Shown: positions 18,268 to 29,562, numbered from the stretch's first letter. The stretch is 64,000 nucleotides of DNA from Myxococcota bacterium (GCA_963674735.2 CAXXQS010000002.1:352001-416000); one strand, 5' to 3'. Notes: generated from the sequence alone by a model not told the origin. Made by a program: numbers and translations.

Positions 18268-19211
18268 ACATGCAAGCAGCGATCGACGTTCAAAACATCG
18301 GTAAACATTTCAAATCGAACTTCCTGCTGCGCACGATCAGCGCTTTGCAGGACGTGAGTTTTTCGATTCAGGAAGGCGAAGTCTTCGGCCTGATCGGACA
18401 CAACGGAGCCGGGAAAACCACCCTGATCAAGATTTTGACCGGCCTGATTCGTCCTTCCACCGGCCAAGCCGCCCTTTTCGGCCATCCGGTCGGGGACATT
18501 CAAGCCCTCTCGCAGCTCGGGTTTCTACCGGAGCGACCCTATTTCTACGAATACCTCACCGGCCGCGAAGCCCTGAATTTTTACGGCCGCTTAGCCGGTT
18601 TATCCGCCAACGCCATCGCCCGCCGCAGCTCGGAATTGCTGGCGATGCTCAAGCTGGAAGAGGCCGCCGACCGACCCATGCGACTCTACAGCAAAGGCAT
18701 GCTGCAACGCCTGGGAATGGCACAAGCCATTTTGCACGATCCGCCGCTGGTTTTGCTCGACGAACCGATGAGCGGCCTGGACCCGCTGGGGCGCGGTCAA
18801 ATAAAGGATATCATTCATCTTTTGAAAAAGCAGGGGAAGACCATCCTCTTTTCTTCGCACATCCTCTCCGACGTGGAGGAGCTTTGCGACCGCGTGGCCG
18901 TTCTGGCCAACGGACACTTGCGCTACGAAGGCGACCTTGAAACACTCACGGCGACATACAAAGAAGGCGTTGAGATCGTCATTGAGAACGTAGCGGACGA
19001 GCACATGGCCGGCCTTTCCGATCTGGGGGCCGAAATAACGCAGCAAAACGGGCGCGTCAAACTCTTTCTGTCGAACGATCAAGATGATCAGCGTGTCATC
19101 AAACAATTGATCGAGCAAGGTTTTCACATCGACCGCATGATACCGAAGCGGATGTCGCTCGAAGAAATCGTGGTCCGCCAATTCCAATCGGGGAAGGAGG
19201 AAGGTCGATGA
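18264..19211 (+). CDS. ABC transporter ATP-binding protein (PilH/XapD-like)
   Basis: GHNGAGKTT, YSKGMLQR, LLDEPMSGLDP, SSH. Confidence 0.92.
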   Translation: MNMQAAIDVQNIGKHFKSNFLLRTISALQDVSFSIQEGEVFGLIGHNGAGKTTLIKILTGLIRPSTGQAALFGHPVGDIQALSQLGFLPERPYFYEYLTGREALNFYGRLAGLSANAIARRSSELLAMLKLEEAADRPMRLYSKGMLQRLGMAQAILHDPPLVLLDEPMSGLDPLGRGQIKDIIHLLKKQGKTILFSSHILSDVEELCDRVAVLANGHLRYEGDLETLTATYKEGVEIVIENVADEHMAGLSDLGAEITQQNGRVKLFLSNDQDDQRVIKQLIEQGFHIDRMIPKRMSLEEIVVRQFQSGKEEGR

Positions 19212-19975
19212 AAATCCTGATCATCGCGCTCAATACCTTCCGGGAAGCCGTGCGCAACAAAGTTCTCTATACTTTGCTGTTTTTCTCCGTCGTCTTTTCG
19301 GCGTTCAGCATTTCACTCTCGACGCTCGTCCTGGGCGAGTACACTCACATGCTGACCAATGCGGGGTTGGCCATTATCGAAATATTCGGCACCTTGATCG
19401 CCATATTCGTGGGCATCAACCTCGTATACAAGGAACTCCAGCTCCGCACCATTTACACGATCATCACCCGGCCCATCCGCCGCTACCAGTTCATTTTGGG
19501 CAAATACCTGGGCCTGATGGCCACGCTGTTTGTACAAGTGCTGCTGATGACGGCGATTTTCTTTGCCATCCTGCTTCTTTTCGACGGCCAGGAGCGCATC
19601 CCCCTCCTGCTTCCGGCCATCTGGCTGATTTTCATGAAATTGGCGGTGGTGACGGCCTTCGCCGTCCTGTTCTCCTCGATTTCGACGCCGATTTTATCCG
19701 GCATGTTCACCCTCGGTTTCTACGTGATCGGGTCCACCTCCGGCTACCTGCCCATGCTCATCAACCCGGCCGAGTCGCCCTCGGCGGCGACGTTGATTCG
19801 CTGTTTGAACTTCCTGCTACCCGATTTCCGTTTCCTCGATGTCAAAGCTCAGGTCGTTTACAAACAGGCTGTCGAGCTCGGATATTTGTTCCAATCCAGC
19901 GCCTACGCGCTCTTCTATCTGGCGATTTTGCTGGTCTTGTCGATCCTGATTTTCGAACAACGCGACATGAAATAG
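19208..19975 (+). CDS. ABC-2 permease (PilI/XapB-like)
   Basis: [13 protein letters not shown], six TM segments, [22 protein letters not shown]-terminal FEQRD. Confidence 0.9.
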   Translation: MKILIIALNTFREAVRNKVLYTLLFFSVVFSAFSISLSTLVLGEYTHMLTNAGLAIIEIFGTLIAIFVGINLVYKELQLRTIYTIITRPIRRYQFILGKYLGLMATLFVQVLLMTAIFFAILLLFDGQERIPLLLPAIWLIFMKLAVVTAFAVLFSSISTPILSGMFTLGFYVIGSTSGYLPMLINPAESPSAATLIRCLNFLLPDFRFLDVKAQVVYKQAVELGYLFQSSAYALFYLAILLVLSILIFEQRDMK

Positions 19976-20055
19976 CGTAAGCCATCGCCATCCTACCGGA
20001 TTTGTTTGTTTTTTTTCTTCAGCGCGAATCGGTTTGTTTTCCGGTCGTGCAACGC

Positions 20056-20084
20056 TTGACAGCCTCCGGCTTTGCCGTTATTCT
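20056..20084 (+). promoter_or_regulatory. Putative sigma-70 promoter of guaBA
   Basis: TTGACA-N17-TATTCT. Confidence 0.65.
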
Positions 20085-20180
20085 CCATTAACTTTTTCGG
20101 CGGGCGGGACACTTTATGCAGACGCCGCACATCGGCTGCCGGGAATGGTTTATCATCTCTCAGTAAAGGAGGATCGGTAC

Positions 20181-21647
20181 ATGCTGGAAGATCAACTGCC
20201 GTTGGGATTGACATTCGACGACGTTCTTCTGATGCCCGCTTATTCAGAAGTTCTGCCTTCCGAAGTCAATCTGACCGCGCGTTTGACCCGGACCCTGACC
20301 ATCAATATTCCGATTCTTTCGGCGGCCATGGATACCGTAACCGAGTCCCGCACGGCGATCTGTCTGGCCCGTGAAGGCGGAATCGGCATCATCCACAAAA
20401 ACATGTCGGTCGAGCAGCAGGCCATCGAAGTCACGCGCGTCAAAAAGTCCGAATCGGGCATGATTGTCGATCCGGTAACGATTTCTCCGGAGAAGACGAT
20501 CAAAGACGCCCTCGCCATCATGGACCATTACCACATCAGCGGCGTTCCGGTGACGGTGCGCCGGAAGCTGGTCGGCATCCTCACCCACCGCGACTTGCGC
20601 TTTGAAAAAAACCTCACCCGCAAAGTCAAGGAAATGATGACCTCCAAAAACCTGATTACGGTATCGGGCGAGGTTTCGCTGGAGGAAGCCAAGGTTATTC
20701 TGCATAAACATCGCATCGAAAAGCTGCTGGTCGTCAACGACAAGCAGGAATTGATCGGACTGATCACCACCAAGGATATCGAAAAAGCCCGACGTTTCCC
20801 CAACGCCGCGAAAGATAAAAAAGGACGTCTCCTGGTCGGCGCGGCGGTCGGAACCGGCAAAGATCGCGCCGAGCGCGTCAAAGCGCTGGTCAAGGCCGGA
20901 GTCGATGTGATCGTGCTGGATACGGCCCACGGCGACAGTAAAAACGTCATCACCGCACTCAAAAGCATCAAACGCAGCTACCCCAAAATGCAGGTCATCG
21001 CCGGAAACATCGCCCGCCCCGAAGCCGTCGAGCGGCTGGTCAAGGCCGGTGTGGACGCGGTGAAAGTCGGCATCGGCCCCGGTTCCATCTGCACCACGCG
21101 GGTAGTGGCGGGCGTCGGCGTGCCGCAATTGACCGCCATCGCCGAATGCTCCAAAGTAGCGGCCAAATACGACGTCCCGGTTATCGCCGACGGCGGAGTC
21201 AAATACAGCGGCGACCTGGTGAAAGCCCTGGTAGCCGGAGCCGACACCGTGATGCTCGGCTCCATGTTCGCCGGGATCGACGAAGCCCCCGGCGACACCA
21301 TCATGTTCCAGGGCCGCTCCTACAAGGTCTATCGCGGGATGGGATCCATCTCGGCCATGGCCCAGGGTTCGAAAGACCGCTATTTCCAGGAAAACGTCAA
21401 AGACGAGCGCAAGCTTGTTCCTGAAGGTATTGAAGGGCGCGTCCCTTACAAAGGCAGCCTGTCGGGGATCGTTTACCAGTTGGTGGGCGGCTTGCGCTCC
21501 GGCATGGGCTATGCGGGTTGCAACACCATCGAACGGCTGAAAAAGGAAGGGCGGTTTGTACGCATCACCCAAGCCGGGTTACGCGAATCGCACGTCCACG
21601 ACGTGATCGTCACCAAGGAGGCCCCCAACTACCGGGCCGACTCCTGA
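20181..21647 (+). CDS. guaB: IMP dehydrogenase
   Basis: [20 protein letters not shown] pair, [27 protein letters not shown] before ATG 20181. Confidence 0.98.
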   Translation: MLEDQLPLGLTFDDVLLMPAYSEVLPSEVNLTARLTRTLTINIPILSAAMDTVTESRTAICLAREGGIGIIHKNMSVEQQAIEVTRVKKSESGMIVDPVTISPEKTIKDALAIMDHYHISGVPVTVRRKLVGILTHRDLRFEKNLTRKVKEMMTSKNLITVSGEVSLEEAKVILHKHRIEKLLVVNDKQELIGLITTKDIEKARRFPNAAKDKKGRLLVGAAVGTGKDRAERVKALVKAGVDVIVLDTAHGDSKNVITALKSIKRSYPKMQVIAGNIARPEAVERLVKAGVDAVKVGIGPGSICTTRVVAGVGVPQLTAIAECSKVAAKYDVPVIADGGVKYSGDLVKALVAGADTVMLGSMFAGIDEAPGDTIMFQGRSYKVYRGMGSISAMAQGSKDRYFQENVKDERKLVPEGIEGRVPYKGSLSGIVYQLVGGLRSGMGYAGCNTIERLKKEGRFVRITQAGLRESHVHDVIVTKEAPNYRADS

Positions 21648-21734
21648 GTCCGACACCGACGGCCGCACTGCAATGCGGCCGTTTGCTTTTCCACCATAAC
21701 CGCGCGCCGCTGGCGACGCCCCTGAAAACCGGCA

Positions 21735-23330
21735 ATGACCATGAGCATGCATGAACAGATTCTGATTCTCGATTTCGGTTCCCAGTACACCCAGTTGATC
21801 GCGCGACGCATCCGCGAACTGAACGTCTACTGCGAGATTCATCCTTGCACGATCGGCCTCGACGCCATTCGCGCCCTGACCCCAAGCGGCCTGATTCTGT
21901 CGGGCGGGCCTTCGTCGCTTTTGGATGCCGATGCGCCGCAAGCCCCCGCCGGGCTGTGGGATCTGGACATTCCCATGCTGGGGATTTGCTACGGCATGCA
22001 GCTGATGGCCCGCGACCTGGGCGGCGAGGTGGCCCACGCCGAACGGCGCGAGTATGGGCACGCCGAGATTGCCGTCGAGGGCGCAAGCCGCTTTTTCGAC
22101 GGAGTAACCGGCATCGACGACCACGAAAAAGAACGGACCGAAAGCGGCTTCAACTCTCCGCGCATCGCGCCCGTCTGGATGAGCCATGGCGATCAGGTAG
22201 CGCGCCTGCCGCAGGATTTCCGCGCGATCGGAACCACCCATAATTGCCCCGTGGCCGCCATGGAAGGCCCCGGCCATCGCTTCGGCGTGCAATTCCATCC
22301 GGAGGTGACCCACACCCCCGAAGGCACGCGCATGCTGGAAAATTTCGTGAAGCGGGTGTGCGGGTGTGCGGGCGACTGGACCTCGGAAAGCTTCATCGAT
22401 GAAACCATCGAGCGCCTGCGCGCCCAGATCGGCGACGGCCAGGTGGTCTTGGGACTGTCGGGCGGCGTGGATTCCGCCGTCGCGGCGGCGCTGCTCGACC
22501 GCGCCATCGGCCGCCAATGCACCTGTATCCTGGTGGACAACGGACTCATGCGCAACAACGAAGCGGATGAGGTAGCCGAGGTTTTCCGCAACGGTTTCTC
22601 GCTCAACCTGCTCGTGGTGGACGCCGCCGACCGCTTTCTCGGCGAGTTGGCGGGTGTGACCGACCCGGAAGAAAAACGCAAAATCATCGGCCGCCTGTTT
22701 ATCGAGGTCTTCGAGGAAGAAGCCCACAAACTCGGCCAGGTCGATTTTCTGGGACAAGGCACCATCTATCCGGACGTTATCGAATCGGTTTCGTTCAAGG
22801 GTCCATCCGCCACCATTAAAAGCCACCACAATGTGGGCGGCCTGCCCGAACGGATGAAGATGACCCTGGTCGAACCGCTGCGCGAACTGTTCAAGGACGA
22901 AGTGCGCCGCATCGGCCTGAAACTCGGCCTGCCTGAAAAGCTGATCATGCGCCATCCCTTCCCCGGTCCGGGTCTGGCGGTGCGCGTGTTGGGCGAAGTC
23001 ACCCGGGAACGCTGCGACATCCTGCGCGAAGCCGACCAGATTTTCATCGACGAAATCCGCGCGGCCGACTGGTACGACCGCATTTCGCAGGCATTCTCGG
23101 TGCTTTTGCCGGTCAAATCCGTCGGGGTCATGGGGGATGAACGCACCCACGAAAACGTTCTGGCCCTGCGCGCCGTCAACACCAACGATTTCATGACGGC
23201 TTCCTGGACTCACCTGCCCTACGACCTGCTTGGCCGTATTTCCAATAGAATTATCAACGAAGTACGCGGCATCAATCGCGTGGCTTACGACATCTCCTCC
23301 AAACCGCCCGCCACCATCGAGTGGGAATAA
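21735..23330 (+). CDS. guaA: GMP synthase (glutamine-hydrolysing)
   Basis: [51 protein letters not shown]. Start could be 21741 or 21747. Confidence 0.98.
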   Translation: MTMSMHEQILILDFGSQYTQLIARRIRELNVYCEIHPCTIGLDAIRALTPSGLILSGGPSSLLDADAPQAPAGLWDLDIPMLGICYGMQLMARDLGGEVAHAERREYGHAEIAVEGASRFFDGVTGIDDHEKERTESGFNSPRIAPVWMSHGDQVARLPQDFRAIGTTHNCPVAAMEGPGHRFGVQFHPEVTHTPEGTRMLENFVKRVCGCAGDWTSESFIDETIERLRAQIGDGQVVLGLSGGVDSAVAAALLDRAIGRQCTCILVDNGLMRNNEADEVAEVFRNGFSLNLLVVDAADRFLGELAGVTDPEEKRKIIGRLFIEVFEEEAHKLGQVDFLGQGTIYPDVIESVSFKGPSATIKSHHNVGGLPERMKMTLVEPLRELFKDEVRRIGLKLGLPEKLIMRHPFPGPGLAVRVLGEVTRERCDILREADQIFIDEIRAADWYDRISQAFSVLLPVKSVGVMGDERTHENVLALRAVNTNDFMTASWTHLPYDLLGRISNRIINEVRGINRVAYDISSKPPATIEWE

Positions 23331-23458
23331 ACGCCTGCCAAAAATGAAAACCGTGTGGGGGTTGAATATTCGGACCGGCCCGGATGTCTTATGAACATGT
23401 AAACGAGGGCATCGGCGACATGTTGGGGCCGTGGGTTTGTTTACAAACCCATTTGAAC

Positions 23459-23487
23459 TTGACTTCGCTCATTCGAGGTGATATCTT
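23459..23487 (+). promoter_or_regulatory. Putative sigma-70 promoter of the six-gene envelope operon
   Basis: TTGACT-N17-TATCTT. Confidence 0.55.
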
Positions 23488-23586
23488 GGGTAGTAAGGGC
23501 AAAACATTAAAATATTTCAATATGTTGCGACGCATTTGGGCTTTGGGAAACAGGGCGTCGAATAGGACGGCGAAGGGAGGCATTCG

Positions 23587-24417
23587 ATGAACGGCCTGCG
23601 ATGGGTCTTGACACTCGGACTGTGGATCCTGATGGCGCAGTTCGCCTGGGCGGACGACGTCGTGGAGACGATCGGCCAAGCAAGCGTGAACTGGACAACC
23701 GGGTTTATGGTGTTCACCGGAGACGGCGCGCCGAACCTGAAAGCGCCCAACGCCGCAGCGGCACGGCTTGGGGCCGAACGCGCCGCCCAGTTGACGGCCT
23801 TGCGTAACGCTCTGGAAACCTTGAAAGGGTTAAAACTCAGCGCCGGCATGACCGTGGGCGAGCATCTGCAAAAAACGCCCGCCATGCAAGCGGAAGTGGA
23901 AGGGGTGATTCGCGGATTCATCGTCGCGGAAACCCGCTACTACTCCGACGGCGGCGTGCAGCGCGACCTCAAAGTGCCCGTCAACGGCGTTTTGAGCCAA
24001 ACGCTCTTGAAAGGCCAATTCGGAGCGACACCCGGCAAGCCCTGCGCGGACAAGGGCAAACAGCCCGCCGCCGCCAAAACGGAAAAGCCCGTCACCGGTC
24101 TGGTTGTCCTGGCCAAGGGACTGGCCGTCATGCCCGCCCTGGCTCCGAAGGTTCTCGACGAGAGCGGCCAGGATGTTTACAGCGTCGCCATGGTTGCGGA
24201 AGCGGACTTGAAAAACGGTGTCGCCCGCTACATGAAGGAAGAAAAAGTCGCCGGGAACGACCCACAAGTGGCCGGGAATCCGCTGGTGGTCAAGGCCGTC
24301 AAAGCGGATAACAGCGTCGATCTGGTGGTGTCGAACGTCGACGCCGAACGCATTCGCAAAGCCGCCGCCGCCGCGTCGTTTCTGACGCAGGGCCGCGTGA
24401 TCATCGTTAAGGACTAA
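23587..24417 (+). CDS. Exported LPP20-like domain protein
   Basis: Signal peptide (AWA|D); VNWTTG..FTG.G.P...A.RAA...A.RN.LE...G; C-terminal TGLVV.AKGL..PALAP.VLDE.G..VY. Confidence 0.7.
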   Translation: MNGLRWVLTLGLWILMAQFAWADDVVETIGQASVNWTTGFMVFTGDGAPNLKAPNAAAARLGAERAAQLTALRNALETLKGLKLSAGMTVGEHLQKTPAMQAEVEGVIRGFIVAETRYYSDGGVQRDLKVPVNGVLSQTLLKGQFGATPGKPCADKGKQPAAAKTEKPVTGLVVLAKGLAVMPALAPKVLDESGQDVYSVAMVAEADLKNGVARYMKEEKVAGNDPQVAGNPLVVKAVKADNSVDLVVSNVDAERIRKAAAAASFLTQGRVIIVKD

Positions 24418-24431
24418 GGGGGACGGCCACC

Positions 24432-25631
24432 ATGCAAACCAAACACGATAACCTGAACGTGACGGTGTTCACGCTGCTGCTTACGGCGCTGATCCTTTTC
24501 GCACCCTCGCTCTACGCGCAGGATGGAACCACTGTCGTCGTCAAAGGCGAAGGCGTCATTTACAAAAACGACCGCGCCACCGCGAAAGAAAAAGCCATCG
24601 ACCAGGCTCTGCGCCTGTCGGTCGAGCAGGTGGTGGGCAGCCACATCAAATCCTCCACGCTGGTAAAGAACTTCGTCACCGTCAACGACAAAATCCTCAG
24701 CCAGTCGAAAGGCTACGTCACCGGCTGGGAGGAATTATCCACGCAGGTCGAAGGCGGGGTGGTGATCGTGGAACTGAAAATCACGGTGAAAAACGCCAAG
24801 CTGAAAAGCGACCTCGACGCCATTGAGTGGGCGCTGATGAAGCGCAATTATCCGCGTATGATGCTCATGATCGCCGAACAGAATATCGGCCAGACCGGCT
24901 ATTCGTATTGGTGGGGCACCACCGCCGGAAGCGTCAGCCTGGGACAGGTGGAAAACACCTTGATCGATGAGCTGTCGAAGCTGGGCTTCACCCTCATCGA
25001 TCCGCAGGTGTTGTCCGGTAAAATCAAGATGAAGAAAGCTTACGAAGTCACCACCGGAGCCGTCAGCGACGAGGCGGCAAACGAGATCGCCCATCTTACC
25101 GACGCTCAGATCGTCATCGTGGGCAAGGCGATCGCCACCGACGCCGGACCGGTGTCCGAAGGCTCCAAACTGCGTTCCGGCCAAGCCGATGTAACCGTAC
25201 GCGCCATCAATACCGACAACGGCGAAGTGATCATGACGGCCAGCCTGAATGCAGCGGAACCGCATATTTCAGCCACCACCGCCGGAAACAAAGCCTTTAT
25301 CAAGGCCGGGAAAGCGCTGGCGAAAGAAATCGTCGACAAACTCGTGGACAAATGGCTCGCCTCGTCGGCGACCGTCACCCTGCAAATCAGCGGGTTGACC
25401 GACTATGCCATGCTCGACGCATTCAAGACCGCGCTGACCCATCAGGTGAGCGGCGTAACGGGTGTGATGGAACGTAAAATGATGAAGGACAAGGCCCAGG
25501 TGGATTTGTACTTCGAAGGACAAACGAGCCTGCTGGCCAAAGAACTCAACCAAAAAAGCTTCGACGGGTTCTCGGTCAAGGTGGAGGCCGTAACGGCCAA
25601 CCAGCTCACGTTGAACCTTTCGAAGAAATAG
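24432..25631 (+). CDS. Exported protein with FlgT N-terminal-like domain and CsgG/TolB-N-like middle domain
   Basis: Signal peptide; V.V.GEG...A..KAI..ALR..VEQVVG..I.S.T.V.N..V.D.I...S.GYV, then PRMMLMIAEQ and AQIVIVGKA. Confidence 0.7.
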   Translation: MQTKHDNLNVTVFTLLLTALILFAPSLYAQDGTTVVVKGEGVIYKNDRATAKEKAIDQALRLSVEQVVGSHIKSSTLVKNFVTVNDKILSQSKGYVTGWEELSTQVEGGVVIVELKITVKNAKLKSDLDAIEWALMKRNYPRMMLMIAEQNIGQTGYSYWWGTTAGSVSLGQVENTLIDELSKLGFTLIDPQVLSGKIKMKKAYEVTTGAVSDEAANEIAHLTDAQIVIVGKAIATDAGPVSEGSKLRSGQADVTVRAINTDNGEVIMTASLNAAEPHISATTAGNKAFIKAGKALAKEIVDKLVDKWLASSATVTLQISGLTDYAMLDAFKTALTHQVSGVTGVMERKMMKDKAQVDLYFEGQTSLLAKELNQKSFDGFSVKVEAVTANQLTLNLSKK

Positions 25632-25646
25632 GGAGTCGCCGACGAC

Positions 25647-26249
25647 ATGCGCGGATGGATGAAATGGCTGCTGGTCTTGGGGGTCTTGGGCGCACAGGCT
25701 TCCTGTGTGGTGCCCATGGCCGACGAGTACTGGCAGACCCCCGACTACGATCGGTACAAAATCCAAACCGTCACCGTGCTGCCGGTGCGAACCGAAGCCA
25801 TCGACATCCGCGGCCAGGGGATCGTGCGCGGCATGGTTTACGAAAAGCTGCCGGAACGCGGCTATGCCTCGACGGGCGCGGCCCATGTGGATCAGGTGTT
25901 GGTGGAGAAATTCGGCATCACCGATCCGGGACAGATCCATGCCGCCACCCCCGAAGAATTGTGTCAGGCCTTCGAATCGGACGCGCTGCTCTACGGCAAC
26001 ATCCTCGATTGGCGCACCCTCACCCTGGGCGTCCACAACAAGGCGCTGGTGAAGGTCCGCTTCTCGCTTTGGTCCTGTCGGGAAAACCGGGAAGTGTGGT
26101 GGGCGGAAGATGAAGAGGACGAATCGACCGTCGATATCAATCCGGCATCGGCCGCCGCCAACACGCTGGCAACTCTGCAGGCAAGCTATCATCTGTTGGC
26201 CGAGGAAGTCGTTTACAATTGTATGGACAGTCTACCGGCCTCGAAGTAA
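25647..26249 (+). CDS. DUF799/GNA1162-like lipoprotein
   Basis: Lipobox-like QAS|C; TVTVLP, L.ERGY, VD.VL...GITD.GQI..P.EL...F.SDALLYG.I.DW. Confidence 0.72.
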   Translation: MRGWMKWLLVLGVLGAQASCVVPMADEYWQTPDYDRYKIQTVTVLPVRTEAIDIRGQGIVRGMVYEKLPERGYASTGAAHVDQVLVEKFGITDPGQIHAATPEELCQAFESDALLYGNILDWRTLTLGVHNKALVKVRFSLWSCRENREVWWAEDEEDESTVDINPASAAANTLATLQASYHLLAEEVVYNCMDSLPASK

Positions 26250-26284
26250 GGCGGGTTTTGAGTGATTGCAAAGGAGACTGTGAG

Positions 26285-27223
26285 ATGATCAGATTCGGGA
26301 TGAAGGCGATGTTAATGCTGCTACTGCTCGCATGGATGAATGCCTGCGCCACCAAGCAACCGGTTGCCCCGGCCCCCGCGACCCCGCCGCCGGAAGTCCA
26401 GGCCGAGAAAGCCGCCGCCACGATGCCGAAGCTGAAAATCGCCGTGGCGCGTTTCGAAGACAAAACCGCCTACGGACGCGGACGTCTGGGTGATAGCGCG
26501 ACGGATAAGCTGACCTCCATGCTGGCCAATACCGATGCCTTCATCATGGTGGAACGTGCCGAATTGACCCGCGTGTTGAACGAACAAGCCCTGACCCTCT
26601 CGGGCGTGATCCAGGATGAGAAAGCGGCCGAAGTCGGCAAGATATTGGGCGTTTCGGCCCTGATTTTCGGCTCCGTCTCCGAATTCGGCGTCAACACCGA
26701 GAGCACCGTTTACGGATTGGGAGCCAAAAAGACCCAAACCGCCCGTGCCAGCGTCACCCTGCGGGCCGTGGATGCGACCAGCGGCGAGGTGCTGTTCGCC
26801 CAGGAAGGCGTTGGCGAAGCCTCCACCGAAGCCACCCAGGTACTCGGCATGGGCAAATACGCCGGTTACGACGAAACGCTGGCGGGTCGCGCGCTGGATG
26901 CCGCACTCGGCAAACTGGTGGGCAACATCATCGACAACATGCGCAAGATCGAGTGGGCGGCCAAGGTCGCCGAGGACAAGGACGGCCGCATCATCATCAA
27001 CGCCGGACGCAAAAGCGGGCTGACGGTCGGCATGCCGCTGGCCGTGCACGAACCTTCGGATATCGTCCTCGATCCCGACTCGGGCAAGCCGATTCTCGTT
27101 CCCGGCGCAATGAAAGGCCGAATCTCCATCACCCAGATGCTCGGCGAAGACGCGGCCATCTGTGAGGCGGTGGACGGCATGGGGTTCGAGGCGGGCGACG
27201 TCGTCAAGATGTGCAAGCCGTAG
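26285..27223 (+). CDS. CsgG/HfaB-family lipoprotein with FlgT C-terminal-like domain
   Basis: AAGGAG RBS; lipobox MNA|C; KIAVARF, F.MVER.EL..VL.EQ.L..SG, GKILGV.ALIFGSV.EFG; C-terminal IINAG..SGL.VG. Confidence 0.82.
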   Translation: MIRFGMKAMLMLLLLAWMNACATKQPVAPAPATPPPEVQAEKAAATMPKLKIAVARFEDKTAYGRGRLGDSATDKLTSMLANTDAFIMVERAELTRVLNEQALTLSGVIQDEKAAEVGKILGVSALIFGSVSEFGVNTESTVYGLGAKKTQTARASVTLRAVDATSGEVLFAQEGVGEASTEATQVLGMGKYAGYDETLAGRALDAALGKLVGNIIDNMRKIEWAAKVAEDKDGRIIINAGRKSGLTVGMPLAVHEPSDIVLDPDSGKPILVPGAMKGRISITQMLGEDAAICEAVDGMGFEAGDVVKMCKP

Positions 27224-27305
27224 CGACGACGCGCCGGTCGTAATGAAGATGTACAAGCAGTAAAAGGAGTGATCGATCGTTTATTAACCGGCAAGGGGAA
27301 GGATC

Positions 27306-27626
27306 ATGCAACGGGTTTTAAAAGTCGGTATTCCGGCAATCATCGTAGCATGCTTCATCGTCGGTTGTGCTCATACGCAAACGCGCCAGGTTGAGGAGTA
27401 TGGGGGACTGGTCGTAAATTGCGGTGAGGGTGATGCCCAGGTTTACGTGGAAGAAATGCTGATCGGCGAAGCCGACGACTTCATGAGCAACAGCTGCGCT
27501 TACCCGCTGGAATCGGGTCGCAGTTACATCGTGAAGATCGTGAAAGAAGGCTACAAGCCCTACAGCGAAGAGGTCTACGTGACCGGCGGCAGCATCAAGG
27601 TTGATGCTAAGTTGAATAAGCTGTAA
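27306..27626 (+). CDS. Small PEGA-domain lipoprotein
   Basis: Lipobox IVG|C; GGLVVN...DAQVYV...IG...G.YIVKIVKEGYKPY...V.V. Confidence 0.75.
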   Translation: MQRVLKVGIPAIIVACFIVGCAHTQTRQVEEYGGLVVNCGEGDAQVYVEEMLIGEADDFMSNSCAYPLESGRSYIVKIVKEGYKPYSEEVYVTGGSIKVDAKLNKL

Positions 27627-27652
27627 TGAGCAGGTAACCGAAAGGAAGCCGT

Positions 27653-28396
27653 ATGAGACACGCGAAGGGAATGGCCGCGTTGGCGGCGGTGGCGCTTTGG
27701 TGCATCGTTGCTTTGGGTTTCGTTTTTGCAGAGGAAACCACAGCCGATCAGACCGCTCAAGTGGGCCAGGTGACAGGAAAAGCGGACGTCCGCAGCGATG
27801 ATGGCGGCGAGTGGAAAAGCATCGCGAAAGGAGACCGTCTTACGGCCAAACAGACCGTGCGGACCGCAAAGGGCTGCCGCATGGAGCTGCTGCTGGCCGA
27901 TGGCTCGGTGCTGCGCATCGCTCCACGTTCGCGTGTCAAGCTCAGTAGCCTGCTCGGCAAAGGGCAGGACAAAACCGCCGAAATGGTCTTCAAGATCGAG
28001 GCGGGCAAGGTATGGGCCAACGTGGCCAAAAAAGTGAAGGGTGAGCGCAAATTCGAAGTACGCACCAACAACGCGGTTGCGGGCGTGCGCGGCACGGTCT
28101 TCCGGGTGGACGTGGAAAGCGACGCGGCCACGGTGGTGAAGGTCTTCGCCGGGGCGGTGGCCGTCTCGAATGCGCCGCTGTATCAGAAAGCCCCCGAAAA
28201 GTCCCAGGAGCGCGTCCAGGTGCCCGGCCCGCAGCAAGTCACCAAAAAGCAATGGGAAGAGTTGGTGGCCAAGGCCATGCAGGAAGTGCGTGTGGCGGCC
28301 GACGGCAAGCTGGCCCTGCGCGCCTTCGACGCCAAAACCGAACTCGACGACTGGACCACCTGGAACCGCAAGCTGGACGAAGCCATCCCGCGCTAA
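27653..28396 (+). CDS. Exported FecR-domain protein
   Basis: Signal peptide; GDRL...TVRT...RMEL.L.DGSVLRI.P.S; FEVRT.NAVAGVRGT.F.V. Confidence 0.85.
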   Translation: MRHAKGMAALAAVALWCIVALGFVFAEETTADQTAQVGQVTGKADVRSDDGGEWKSIAKGDRLTAKQTVRTAKGCRMELLLADGSVLRIAPRSRVKLSSLLGKGQDKTAEMVFKIEAGKVWANVAKKVKGERKFEVRTNNAVAGVRGTVFRVDVESDAATVVKVFAGAVAVSNAPLYQKAPEKSQERVQVPGPQQVTKKQWEELVAKAMQEVRVAADGKLALRAFDAKTELDDWTTWNRKLDEAIPR

Positions 28397-28420
28397 ACCA
28401 TCCTCGACGCATCTCCACAC

Positions 28421-28445
28421 CCCGCCTGAAAAGGCGGGTTTTTTT
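28421..28445 (+). terminator. Rho-independent terminator closing the envelope operon
   Basis: CCCGCCT-GAAA-AGGCGGG followed by T7. Confidence 0.85.
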
Positions 28446-28805
28446 GTTGGAACTTTCGGCTGTCCCCGCTGCAAGACGGTCGAGCAGCCAAGACCACCGT
28501 CGAGCACCGGCGAGATACGTTCACCACCTGCGCCAAACCGGCGCAAGGAAAGGTTCATAGATATTCAAATTTGTTAATTTAAAAAAATCTCCCTCGATTT
28601 TTTATTCCTGATCGATTTTTTCATAACCGATGACCCCATGTTGTAATCATATTAAAATAGCTATTCTCCTTTATTTACTGTTTCCTTTTACGACACAGCA
28701 AGGTTAAATATATTTAATAGACTATAACCCATTAATATGACTAGATTAATAATCTTGACTTATCTGGTAATAAATAGTTCAATAATCAAAGAAAGGACCC
28801 GCGCC

Positions 28806-29465
28806 ATGGCAAACGAGAATGGTCAAAATGTCGTAACTCTTTCCAGTCTACCCGACGAACTGGACGAAACCCTGAAGGCCAAGCAGGCCTACGAGGCGCA
28901 AGAACTTTCTCTTCTCAAACAATTTCAATCTCTTTCGGCTGAACACCAAAGCGTGAAACTCTCGCTGGAGGCTGAAACCGCCAAGAAAGAACACGACCCC
29001 CAAAACGCGTCCATCCGTCTGATCACCGACCTCACCCAACATGAGGCCGAACTCGCCATCAAACGCCATGAGATCCATTCAAAACTGATGGAAACCCGCA
29101 CCGCCTTCGATGGTGAAACCGCCAAATTCGACAAGCTTTACAAGCCCTTATCGCGAATCGCCTACACCAACAATCAACGCGCGGTCGCATCGGATATCAG
29201 CCCCGAGCGTCAACGCATCCTCGACCGGCTTCCCAAGCCGCCCCGTGTGGAACCTCCCAAAATCACACCGAAGACCAAAGACGTCATGCTGGCCTTGCTG
29301 GAATGGTATGGCCGACCTCTGGCGAGCACCCAATTATACGAAGCCTTGCTTGACCAAGGCTTGAAAGTCACGTTGGCCAATGTTAAGTCGACCATCTCCC
29401 AGTCGGACGAATTCGTGCGGGTGGGTAAAACGTCGACCTACTTTATACGTGATGTAAAGCTGTAA
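28806..29465 (+). CDS. Hypothetical protein: coiled coil plus C-terminal winged-helix-like domain
   Basis: AAAGGA RBS before ATG 28806. Heptad-like helical N-terminal part; C-terminal LLEWYGRPL.S.QLYEAL...V.LANV.STIS..DEFVRVG..TY. AT-rich upstream region. Confidence 0.7.
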   Translation: MANENGQNVVTLSSLPDELDETLKAKQAYEAQELSLLKQFQSLSAEHQSVKLSLEAETAKKEHDPQNASIRLITDLTQHEAELAIKRHEIHSKLMETRTAFDGETAKFDKLYKPLSRIAYTNNQRAVASDISPERQRILDRLPKPPRVEPPKITPKTKDVMLALLEWYGRPLASTQLYEALLDQGLKVTLANVKSTISQSDEFVRVGKTSTYFIRDVKL

Positions 29466-29562
29466 TCGGGGCCGTAGGCACTGCGATTTTCTCCCTTCCG
29501 TCTGCGTCCGACAATTTTCCGCCGGGTTTAACTTCTGAGACCATGTAGGTGATCACTTGGGA

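Noticed and set aside
21659-21690. Regulatory RNA between guaB and guaA
   Set aside because: Only a simple 9-bp hairpin with a weak T-tract; no purine riboswitch consensus.
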